Assembly (NCBI GenBank): GCA_949289935.1
Contig: CASEQD010000005.1
Span: 2,655 to 66,654, forward strand
DNA: 64,000 nt
Reading direction: 5' to 3'
Source: an uncultured Pseudomonadota bacterium
Lineage (GTDB): Bacteria > Pseudomonadota > Alphaproteobacteria > RF32 > CAG-239
Every line of letters begins with the position of its first letter. Positions within the stretch are counted from its first letter, which is position 1. Positions 55,747 to 64,000 of the stretch are shown piece after piece. A model generated the notes under the pieces. That model had not been told where the DNA came from. It saw nothing but the letters and a program-made list of their open reading frames with translations, and ran no database searches. Position numbers and translations under genes: made by a program.

Positions 55747-55926
55747 ATGAAAATGAAAAAATTGGTTGTTTTTGCAATATTATTGGTTTTATCCGGCTGT
55801 GTCATTGTCGGAGATTTTCCCGAAAACCGCCAGCGTTTGCATAACCAGGGTTTTAATACGGATGAATATTGCCGCGAACACCCGCAACATTGCCGGGAAC
55901 TGTTGGCGGAGCCGGAAGAAGATTAA
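55747..55926 (+). CDS. small lipoprotein (59 aa)
   Basis: MKMKKLVVFAILLVLSGC lipobox, with an AGGAAA RBS directly upstream. The ORF-track version starting at 55672 overlaps the previous gene. Confidence 0.5.
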   Translation: MKMKKLVVFAILLVLSGCVIVGDFPENRQRLHNQGFNTDEYCREHPQHCRELLAEPEED

Positions 55927-55955
55927 TAAATGCATGCCGGAAAACAAAAAAATAA

Positions 55956-55980
55956 AACCCGCTTAAACACGGCGGGTTTT
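55956..55980. terminator. bidirectional terminator
   Basis: AAACCCGC-ttaaacac-GGCGGGTTTT preceded by an A-run. It lies between the convergent lipoprotein gene and rpmJ. Confidence 0.65.
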
Positions 55981-56011
55981 AATCACATATCAAAAAAACG
56001 ACCTTCAACAA

Positions 56012-56137
56012 CTATCCCTGACGGGCTTTCATCTTCGGATTTTTCTTGTTGATGATATAAACGCGGCCTTTCCGGCGTACAACTTTGCAGTCCTTATCGC
56101 GCGTTTTCTTTGATTTCAAAGAGCTGTAAACTTTCAT
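56012..56137 (-). CDS. rpmJ: 50S ribosomal protein L36 (41-aa form)
   Basis: Below the ORF-track cutoff. Hand translation gives [41 protein letters not shown], in-frame at 126 nt. This matches the L36 family pattern MKV..SLK......C.+V+R+GR+YVI.K.NP+.K.RQG. Confidence 0.85.
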   Translation of the reverse strand: MKVYSSLKSKKTRDKDCKVVRRKGRVYIINKKNPKMKARQG

Positions 56138-56282
56138 TTTCTTTCCTTTTCAAGCTGTTTGCTCCGAAACTTAAGCTAAAACACCGGCTTTGTCAACCAT
56201 ATTTTTTTCAAGTTGAGCAAAAAACTTGCTATTTTGTACGAAATTATTATAATCTGCACTGTCGAAAGCAGGGAGGATAAGC

Positions 56283-56939
56283 ATGAACAAAACATTATGG
56301 GCCGTTTTTCTGTCGCTCGTTTTTTATGCGTCATCATCGCGGGCCCAGCTGCCCTATCTTGATGAAGTCAGAGCGCTGGGGGCGGTTGCGGGGCAGGGAT
56401 TGGCCTGCGGTGCTTCAAAATATGACACGTTTGAACTTCTGGCCCGGGCAATTCTCATTTCAAAGGCGCCGACGGACGAAGTTCAGGCTCAGGGAATGTA
56501 TGCCTATAACGAAGAAAAAGCCAATGCCTATGTTTCCAAACAATATGACGGTTTTTTCGAATGCCCGCAAATCAATCGTCGTTTCGATGCCCAGCCGATA
56601 TTTCAGGCAACGCTTTATGCCGACGGTACGATAAAAATGCCGGACGGACAAATAATCACGCCCCGCCGTCCCTATGATGCAACAAAAATTTACGAGAAAA
56701 AAGCAGGCGTTCGGGATGATATGCAGGCAATTTATGACAAAGCCGGAAACAAAAAACTGAAAGAACTGAAAATTCAGGCAGCAGGAGACGAAGGCGGCGT
56801 CCAGATTGTGCATGCGCCCCGGGAAAATGAAAAAGCTTCAGCAGCTTTGCCGGCAGTCAGGGATGTGGTTCCGTCGCCGGGCGTGCGGGAAACCGGAGAG
56901 GATTTGGGAGGCATCCGCCATATCTCCCGCAAAAAATAA
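56283..56939 (+). CDS. hypothetical secreted protein
   Basis: 218 aa with signal peptide MNKTLWAVFLSLVFYASSSRA and a GGGAGGATAA RBS. Confidence 0.55.
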   Translation: MNKTLWAVFLSLVFYASSSRAQLPYLDEVRALGAVAGQGLACGASKYDTFELLARAILISKAPTDEVQAQGMYAYNEEKANAYVSKQYDGFFECPQINRRFDAQPIFQATLYADGTIKMPDGQIITPRRPYDATKIYEKKAGVRDDMQAIYDKAGNKKLKELKIQAAGDEGGVQIVHAPRENEKASAALPAVRDVVPSPGVRETGEDLGGIRHISRKK

Positions 56940-57029
56940 GTCTCAAAAAGATTGCAACTTCAAAAGAATCCGCTATACTCGCAACACCATATAATTTTTT
57001 ATATCTCATTTTAAGGAGTTGAAAACAAC

Positions 57030-58709
57030 ATGGCGTCTTACCAGTATGTCTATGTAATGCAAAATCTGACCAAAGTTTTTCCGGGCGGCAGGGAGCTGTT
57101 CAAAGGAATAACCCTTTCTTTTCTGCCAGGTGCAAAAATCGGCGTTTTAGGCGTTAACGGCGCCGGAAAATCAACTTTGTTGAAAATCATGGCCGGCGTT
57201 GACAAAGATTTTAACGGCGAGGCCTGGGCGGCGGACGGCGTCCGTGTTGGCTATCTGGAACAGGAACCGAAACTCAATCCTGACAAAAATGTAATGGAAA
57301 ACATCATGGACGGCATGGGCGAAGTGCGTGATTTGCTGAAACGTTACGAAGAAGTCTCCATGAAGTTTGCCGAACCGATGTCGGATGACGAAATGAACGC
57401 CCTTATTGAAGAACAGGCTGCCCTGCAGGAAAAAATAGACGCCTGTGACGGATGGGATATAGAACGGACGATTCAAATTGCGATGGATGCCTTGCGTTGT
57501 CCGCCGGCCGAAGCAGATGTTACCAGACTTTCCGGCGGCGAAAAACGCCGTGTCGCCCTTTGCCGTCTGCTGTTGCAAAAACCGGATATGCTTCTGCTTG
57601 ACGAGCCGACCAACCACTTGGATGCAGAATCCGTAGCCTGGCTGGAAAAACATCTGCAGGATTACAAAGGAACGGTGGTAATGGTCACCCATGACCGTTA
57701 TTTTCTGGATAATGTTACCGGCTGGATTCTTGAAATAGACCGCGGGCAGGGCATTCCTTATGAAGGCAATTACAGCTCCTGGCTTGAACAAAAACAAAAA
57801 CGCCTGGAACAGGAAGCAAGAGAAGAAAGCGCCCGCCAGAAGACGCTGGCAAATGAGCTGGAATGGATTCGCAAAAATCCCAAAGCCCGCCAGGCCAAAT
57901 CAAAAGCGCGTATCAATGCCTATGATGAATTGTTGTCTGCGGCGTCCAAAGAAAAAATTACGCAGGCGCATATCAACATTCCCATGACCGAACGTCTGGG
58001 CGATCTGGTGATAGAGGCCGAGCATATCAGCAAAGGTTATGGCGACCGCCTGTTGATTGACGATTTGTCTTTTAAAATTCCCCGGGGGGCTATTGTTGGT
58101 ATTATCGGACCGAACGGCGCCGGAAAAACAACCCTGTTTCGCATGATAACCGGACAGGAAGAACCGGATTCCGGAAAGATTCGCATCGGTGAAACCGTTG
58201 ATCTGGGGTATGTCGACCAAAGCCGTGATGAACTCAATCCCGACAAAACGGTTTGGGAAGAAATCTCCGACGGACTGGACATTATCAGGCTTGGCAAAAA
58301 AGAAATGCCTTCGCGGGCTTATGTCGGTCAATTCAACTTTAAAGGCGGCGACCAGCAGAAAAAAGTCGGACAACTTTCCGGCGGCGAACGCAATCGTGTT
58401 CATCTGGCAAAAATGCTGAAAAAAGGCGCCAATGTCATTCTGCTGGATGAGCCGACCAACGATTTGGATGTCGACACGCTGCGTTCTTTGGAAGAGGGCA
58501 TTATGGAGTATCCCGGATGTGTTTTGGTAACTTCGCACGACCGTTGGTTTTTGGATCGTCTGGCCACGCATATTCTGGCCTATGAAGGAGACAGCCGGGT
58601 TGTCTGGTTTGAAGGCAATTTTGAAGAATACGAAAAAGACAAACGCCGCCGTCTGGGCGACGATGCCTGCAATCCTCATGCCATCAAATATAAACCCCTG
58701 GTCAGGTAA
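57030..58709 (+). CDS. ettA: energy-dependent translational throttle protein EttA (ABC-F)
   Basis: 559 aa with two ABC cassettes ([34 protein letters not shown]). N-terminus [28 protein letters not shown] and a GEAW...G..VGYLEQEP pattern. Confidence 0.9.
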   Translation: MASYQYVYVMQNLTKVFPGGRELFKGITLSFLPGAKIGVLGVNGAGKSTLLKIMAGVDKDFNGEAWAADGVRVGYLEQEPKLNPDKNVMENIMDGMGEVRDLLKRYEEVSMKFAEPMSDDEMNALIEEQAALQEKIDACDGWDIERTIQIAMDALRCPPAEADVTRLSGGEKRRVALCRLLLQKPDMLLLDEPTNHLDAESVAWLEKHLQDYKGTVVMVTHDRYFLDNVTGWILEIDRGQGIPYEGNYSSWLEQKQKRLEQEAREESARQKTLANELEWIRKNPKARQAKSKARINAYDELLSAASKEKITQAHINIPMTERLGDLVIEAEHISKGYGDRLLIDDLSFKIPRGAIVGIIGPNGAGKTTLFRMITGQEEPDSGKIRIGETVDLGYVDQSRDELNPDKTVWEEISDGLDIIRLGKKEMPSRAYVGQFNFKGGDQQKKVGQLSGGERNRVHLAKMLKKGANVILLDEPTNDLDVDTLRSLEEGIMEYPGCVLVTSHDRWFLDRLATHILAYEGDSRVVWFEGNFEEYEKDKRRRLGDDACNPHAIKYKPLVR

Positions 58710-58721
58710 AAATTAAAGTAA

Positions 58722-58767
58722 CAAAAAATGAATTGTTCTCTGAAAGGAGAACAATTCATTTTTTTTT
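58722..58767. terminator. bidirectional terminator after ettA
   Basis: AATGAATTGTTCTC-tgaaag-GAGAACAATTCATT, a 14-bp stem flanked by AAAAA and TTTTTTT. Confidence 0.75.
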
Positions 58768-58785
58768 GAATAAGGTATATAAAGG

Positions 58786-59055
58786 CTAAGGACAAGAGAG
58801 AGAATAACTTCTTTCAGTATGTCCGTCACAATCTCCTCCGTTTACCGAAGGTATTGCTGCTTCGCAATCTGACAGGCTTGAATAGGGAGTGCCTATATAA
58901 CGGTTTGTTTCACTGCAATCAGCTCCGTTATCGCAAGTACAATTTTCATCAAAAAAAACATAATAGAAAGAACCGGAACCTCTGGTATCACAATGGCAAT
59001 TTATTACAGAGGATGTCCGCCATTGATAAACGGTAATAAAACATACCGATGCCAC
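58786..59055 (-). CDS. small Cys-rich hypothetical protein (89 aa, GTG start)
   Basis: An ORF with 9 Cys. It lies between the bidirectional terminator and structured element B. No clear signal peptide or RBS, so coding status is uncertain. Confidence 0.3.
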   Translation of the reverse strand: MASVCFITVYQWRTSSVINCHCDTRGSGSFYYVFFDENCTCDNGADCSETNRYIGTPYSSLSDCEAAIPSVNGGDCDGHTERSYSLSCP

Positions 59056-59340
59056 CCGGATTTTGTCTTTGAGAACTTCTCCGCTTTCGCTTTCGGAGGC
59101 CTCTCCCTTTTTCTCCTCCCCTGAGTAGGGGAGGCGGGAGGGGTATGAATCTAAAACGAATTATCTAATTTCCTCGCCAAAAGCAACGTCAGTTGCTTTT
59201 GACTTCGGCCGTCTCCCCTATCTCAGGGGAGGAGAAGAAAGAGTTTTCTATCTCAGAGAAGGAGAAAAAGGAGAGGCCTATCTCAGGGAGGAAATTAGAT
59301 AAGAGAGTAACCTCAGGAGAGGAAATAAACCAATTTTTCC
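59056..59340. repeat. structured GC-rich intergenic element, copy B (homologous to 29374..29630)
   Basis: Hairpin CCTCCCCT-GAGT-AGGGGAGG (59114-59133), GGAGGGG and TATGAATC. A second hairpin CTCCCCT-atctc-AGGGGAG lies at 59212-59230. Four CTCAGRGRAGGA repeats start at 59221, 59251, 59281 and 59311. Confidence 0.7.
59177..59200. terminator. hairpin with flanking A/T runs inside element B (possible bidirectional terminator)
   Basis: AAAA-AGCAAC-gtca-GTTGCT-TTTG. Confidence 0.45.
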
Positions 59341-59441
59341 GCCACCCGAAAAATATGGACATAAAAGCAGGATAAAATAGGCTCTTGTCAAAAAAAGAGT
59401 TTGAGTGCATTATCTAACACATCGGTATAATTTTTTTTTAG

Positions 59442-60575
<1,134 letters not shown>

Positions 60576-60576
60576 A

Positions 60577-61524
60577 ATGACCGAAGAAAAAAATGCAGCG
60601 AACCAAAAAGTTGTCGATTCTTTTATTGTTGAAAACAAAAAAGAAGGGATGCGTGTGTTTGTAGCCGGCGGACATCGCGGTGGAAACGACCCTGTTTATG
60701 AAAATGAAGCTTACAATCTCGGCAGACAGATAATTAAAATGGATTTCCGGCTTGATTTTGGCTTGTCAAATTCCGGCATTATGGGGGCTGTTGCCCGAGG
60801 GGTTCTTGATGGTTGGAACAAAAAACAGAGCAAATTGGAAGGACTGCCGATTCAGGCTGTAACCACAAAAGAATATTACAGCCTCTATCCGCAGGATGAT
60901 GAATTGGTCAAGCAGATAGAAAACGTTATTTTGGCCAAAACGCTGGAAGAACGAAAGCAAAAGCTGCTGGAATCCGATTTTGTCGTTTTTGCGCCCGGCG
61001 GTGTCGGCACGCTTGACGAACTGGCTTACGATTGTGTGGCCATGCAGGACGGATTGCTGCCGGTTAAACCTTTCATTATGTATAATATAAACGGATTTTT
61101 TCATCATATTCTTGAATTTTTAAAGGAAATTGCCGGAAAAGGTTTTTCCGATCCGATTCCTTTTATTGTTGTAGACAACAGCAACGATTTGTCGGTTGTT
61201 TTTCGTTTGTTAAAGCTTCGTTATAACAAAAGCCACAATACGGCGGAGGCCTATGCCAATGCTCGTCAGCTGGCTTATGAACTGCCGTATTTCATTAAAA
61301 AGAAAACGGACAGTTCCGTGCATGTGGAAGATTTGATTGCCGAAATGGACAGGATTAATATGAGGGGAACGGAAGAAGAAAAAAGCAATCTGTCCGGAGA
61401 AATTGAACAGGCTTATCTTGAGCGGGAAATTGAACGGATGTACGAACGTTTGGCCAAAACCGGACGTGATACCGCAAATGTCAGCGATAAACTGACGGCA
61501 CTGAAACAAAGATTTAAAAAATGA
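60577..61524 (+). CDS. LOG-family (TIGR00730-type) protein with long C-terminal extension
   Basis: The PGGVGTLDEL motif and preceding Rossmann-like region occupy about the first 200 aa. The last ~100 aa are charged and coiled-coil-like. I chose the ATG at 60577, one nt after the tgt stop. Confidence 0.7.
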   Translation: MTEEKNAANQKVVDSFIVENKKEGMRVFVAGGHRGGNDPVYENEAYNLGRQIIKMDFRLDFGLSNSGIMGAVARGVLDGWNKKQSKLEGLPIQAVTTKEYYSLYPQDDELVKQIENVILAKTLEERKQKLLESDFVVFAPGGVGTLDELAYDCVAMQDGLLPVKPFIMYNINGFFHHILEFLKEIAGKGFSDPIPFIVVDNSNDLSVVFRLLKLRYNKSHNTAEAYANARQLAYELPYFIKKKTDSSVHVEDLIAEMDRINMRGTEEEKSNLSGEIEQAYLEREIERMYERLAKTGRDTANVSDKLTALKQRFKK

Positions 61525-61627
61525 AAACGTCGGAATAAAAATAGTCTTACAACTTGCACGCTGTCATTGACTCAGGCAATAGCCGCTGTTAACAATAAAT
61601 AAAGAAGGATTTTGCAAGAGGTATGGT

Positions 61628-62701
61628 ATGATGATCAAAAAGATGGATATATGGCTGGAAAAATGTGCGGTTTGGCTGGCGCCTTTATTTGAATTTCTGT
61701 CCCCGCTTGGCCGGAAAGGTCAGGCTCTTTCTGATAAATTCATATCCTGGCTGGAGCTGCGTTTTCCCCGCGTCTTTGAACCGGCGCAATCGGAACGGCT
61801 TAAAATTATTGCCGGAAAAAAGACGGCCCTTTATCATGGAGCCGTTGCGGCTGCTGCAATTGCGGAAGTTTTGTTGCTGGCGTTTGTTTCCCCGGTGCTC
61901 TTCTGGATTTTTGCAATCATCGGGTTGCCGCTGGCCTGGTTGGTCTGGAGAGAATATCGCATGGCGGCATTCTGGCTGTCTGCTTTTCAAATCATCTGTA
62001 TGGCCGGAAGCCTTGTTGTCCGTCCGGAATATTTTCTTCTTGAAATTTTGTTCGGACTTCTGTTTTTTCTGGTTTGTTTTATATGCTTCAGATATGATAA
62101 CGCCAAGGCAAAACTTTTGGGAAAAAGTGTTTCTGACGAAAAAAATAAAAAATATAAAGATGCCTCTGCCGTTTTAATTTCGGCATGTATGTTGTTTGTT
62201 GCCTTTCTGCTGACGGAGCTTGTTTCTCCCGGCGCAAAAATGCCGGTTCCGGAAGTTCCCGTTGGCAATCATGTTTTTAACCGCCGGGCGGGAGTAATTT
62301 CGCGCAGCCTCTTCGGCTATACCGAATTTTGCCGCAAACAAAATTATGAATTGAAAATATATCCGCAGGCTTTTGCCAAACGGTATGCCGGAGAAATTGC
62401 CGAAGTGGAAAAAGAATTGTCCCGGGATGGTTTAACTCTTTCGGATTATTATAACAATGCAAAACGCATTTATGGCAGAAGGCTGGATGAAAGCATTGCT
62501 TCCGAAATGGATATTCTGCGGCGGCAGGCAATCGTCGAACTGGTTGCGCTCAATCGCAACATTCGTCCGTCCCAGGTCCGCTGGCTTCCGGAAATGGACG
62601 GATATATCAGCATGACCGAAGCCTGCGTCCTGTTTGATGAAATTGCCGAAAATACCTTAAATGCCGTTAAGAAAGATATGATGACGCCTGACGGAAAATA
62701 A
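61628..62701 (+). CDS. hypothetical membrane protein
   Basis: 357 aa. The N-terminal half has about 5 TM segments and the C-terminal half is soluble. Confidence 0.55.
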   Translation: MMIKKMDIWLEKCAVWLAPLFEFLSPLGRKGQALSDKFISWLELRFPRVFEPAQSERLKIIAGKKTALYHGAVAAAAIAEVLLLAFVSPVLFWIFAIIGLPLAWLVWREYRMAAFWLSAFQIICMAGSLVVRPEYFLLEILFGLLFFLVCFICFRYDNAKAKLLGKSVSDEKNKKYKDASAVLISACMLFVAFLLTELVSPGAKMPVPEVPVGNHVFNRRAGVISRSLFGYTEFCRKQNYELKIYPQAFAKRYAGEIAEVEKELSRDGLTLSDYYNNAKRIYGRRLDESIASEMDILRRQAIVELVALNRNIRPSQVRWLPEMDGYISMTEACVLFDEIAENTLNAVKKDMMTPDGK

Positions 62702-62703
62702 AA

Positions 62704-63927
62704 ATGCTTAATTTTCTCTGGGCTGCCTTTTTTATTGTAGCATTTTGTGCCGCTGTTTTGCAAACCGTTCAGGGAAACGCGGAAATTTGGACATCTTTAA
62801 CGGACAGTCTGTTTGCATCCTCCAAAACAGCCTTTTCTCTGGCTTTGAATTTAACCGGCATTTTGTGCCTGTGGATGGGGCTTCTGAAAATTGCCGAAAA
62901 ATCGGGTCTGACGGAGCTTATGGCTAAAGGATTGCGTCCTCTTTTCCGCCGGATATTTCCGGGTGTTCCGGGAGAATCGCCGGCGCTCGGCTCCATGATT
63001 ATGAATATGGCCGCCAATTTTCTCGGACTGGATAACGCGGCTACGCCGATGGGACTGAAGGCAATGGAGCAGCTCCAGGAACTGAATCCGAAAAAAGACA
63101 CGGCTTCCGATGCCGAAATTTTGTTTATGGTCATAAATTCTTCTGCCGTAACCTTGGTTCCGATAACGATTTTAATGTACCGGGCCGAGTTGGGAGCATC
63201 AAGTCCGGGCGCTGTTTTTATACCGATTCTTTTTGCGACTTCGGCTTCGACGCTGGTCGGTTTTCTGAGCGTGGCTCTGGTGCAGAAGCTGAATATTTTT
63301 AACCGTGTGGTTATGGCGTATCTGTTGGGCTTTACAGCTGTTATTCTGGGAGCTGCTCTTTTTTTTGTTTCTCTGCCTGAAGCTCGGCGCCTGCATTGGT
63401 CGGCGGTTTGCAGCAACGGCTTGTTGTTCGGCATTGTGGTTATTTTTATTGTTTCGGGACTGCTGAAAAAACTGAATGTTTATGAAACTTTTATTGAAGG
63501 CGCCAAAGAAGGATTTGGAGTAGCAATCGGCATAATCCCGTATCTGGTGGCAATGTTGGTTGGTATAGCTGTGTTCAGAGCCTCGGGAGCTCTGGATTAT
63601 GTCGTCGAAGCCTTGGCGTCTTTTTTTGCCGCCTGCGGTTTTGATACCGGTTTTGTTCCGGCGCTGCCGACGGCGTTGCTGAAACCATTGTCAGGCAGCG
63701 GAGCCCGAGCCATGATGATTGAAACCATGACAACTTACGGTGCCGACAGTTTTCCCGCTTTTGTTGCCTGCATTGTTCAGGGATCGACGGAAACCACGTT
63801 TTATGTTTTGGCTGTTTATTTCGGCGCCGTTAAAGTTACGAAAACGCGTTCGGCGCTGCCTTGCGCCCTGTTGGCGGATTTTGCCGGAATTTGCGCCGCC
63901 GTATATTGTGCTTATTGTTTTTATTAA
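62704..63927 (+). CDS. nucleoside-recognition (SpmA/SpmB-like) domain membrane protein
   Basis: 407 aa, polytopic. The LNLTGILCLWMGLLKIAE.SGL and N.LGLDNAATP.GLKAM motifs are typical of Gate/nucleoside recognition domains. Confidence 0.7.
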   Translation: MLNFLWAAFFIVAFCAAVLQTVQGNAEIWTSLTDSLFASSKTAFSLALNLTGILCLWMGLLKIAEKSGLTELMAKGLRPLFRRIFPGVPGESPALGSMIMNMAANFLGLDNAATPMGLKAMEQLQELNPKKDTASDAEILFMVINSSAVTLVPITILMYRAELGASSPGAVFIPILFATSASTLVGFLSVALVQKLNIFNRVVMAYLLGFTAVILGAALFFVSLPEARRLHWSAVCSNGLLFGIVVIFIVSGLLKKLNVYETFIEGAKEGFGVAIGIIPYLVAMLVGIAVFRASGALDYVVEALASFFAACGFDTGFVPALPTALLKPLSGSGARAMMIETMTTYGADSFPAFVACIVQGSTETTFYVLAVYFGAVKVTKTRSALPCALLADFAGICAAVYCAYCFY

Positions 63928-64000
63928 AACCAGCGTAATCTTTTCATCAGAAAAACCAGCAAAAAGGTAATTGCCAGCATAAGCAGACAAACCACCCCGA

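Noticed and set aside
58786-59055. Homology between the 89-aa Cys-rich ORF and the Cys-rich stalk of 28426..29304
   Set aside because: Apart from Cys and Asp richness, I could not align the Cys spacing by eye. The link rests only on the shared upstream element, not on protein similarity.
59211-59330. Could the 30-nt periodic repeats be a small CRISPR array?
   Set aside because: The conserved part is only about 12-16 nt and degenerate. The 'spacers' are purine-rich and similar to each other. There are only four units, and no cas genes or leader are present in the window.
59189-59410. ORFs 59193..59375(+) and 59189..59410(-), which translate the 30-nt repeats into 10-aa repeats
   Set aside because: Both strands are open, as is typical of low-complexity repeats. 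The + ORF starts with a non-ATG codon and neither has an obvious RBS. The homologous words in copy A are 23 nt apart, not a multiple of 3, which argues against a coding constraint. Coding is not fully excluded.
63924-64000. Possible 3' end of a convergent minus-strand gene (…GVVCLLMLAITFLLVFLMKRLRWF, then a stop overlapping the 62704..63927 stop)
   Set aside because: Only about 25 codons are visible before the window ends. The translation is hydrophobic and plausible, but that is too little to call a gene.

Overview
The window is about 90% coding and reads as a moderate-GC bacterial chromosome. The gene set suggests an alphaproteobacterium: three-gene pntAA/pntAB/pntB, a DUF2312/GapR-like protein, and GANTC-rich intergenic DNA. 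This taxonomic call is inference only.

Recognisable housekeeping genes:
- Cell envelope and replication/repair: murI, pgpA, gpsA, mutS, murA.
- Translation: rplM-rpsI, rpmJ, ettA, tgt, trpS, serS.
- Energy and central metabolism: pntAA/AB/B, pyk, sucCD.
- Fe-S assembly and transport: sufE, a DUF59 protein, a split chromate transporter.
- RNA genes: tRNA-Val(GAC) and tRNA-Thr(GGU).

Three genes absent from the ORF track were recovered by hand: a partial MBL-fold hydrolase at the window start, rpmJ, and a 51-aa basic ORF.

Two non-standard structures stand out.
1. A visibly AT-rich accessory region starts exactly at the 3' end of tRNA-Thr (about 36.0-44.1 kb). Its first 5.4 kb is an integron-like array of three gene cassettes.
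   - The cassettes are bounded by four copies of a composite module of about 135-160 bp.
   - Each module has a tRNA-3'-end-like box ending GCACCA, a terminator hairpin with compensatory stem changes, and an AGTCCGAT-N36-ATCGGACT palindrome with invariant 36-nt spacing.
   - Only a truncated serine recombinase remnant is nearby.
2. Two homologous GC-rich structured elements lie at 29374-29630 and 59056-59340. Both sit 5' of minus-strand ORFs for Cys-rich proteins.
   - They share an 8-bp hairpin with two compensatory base-pair changes.
   - They carry CTCAGRGAGGA repeats; in one copy these have exact 30-nt periodicity ending at a hairpin terminator.

All family calls come from motifs read by eye. 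No database searches were run.
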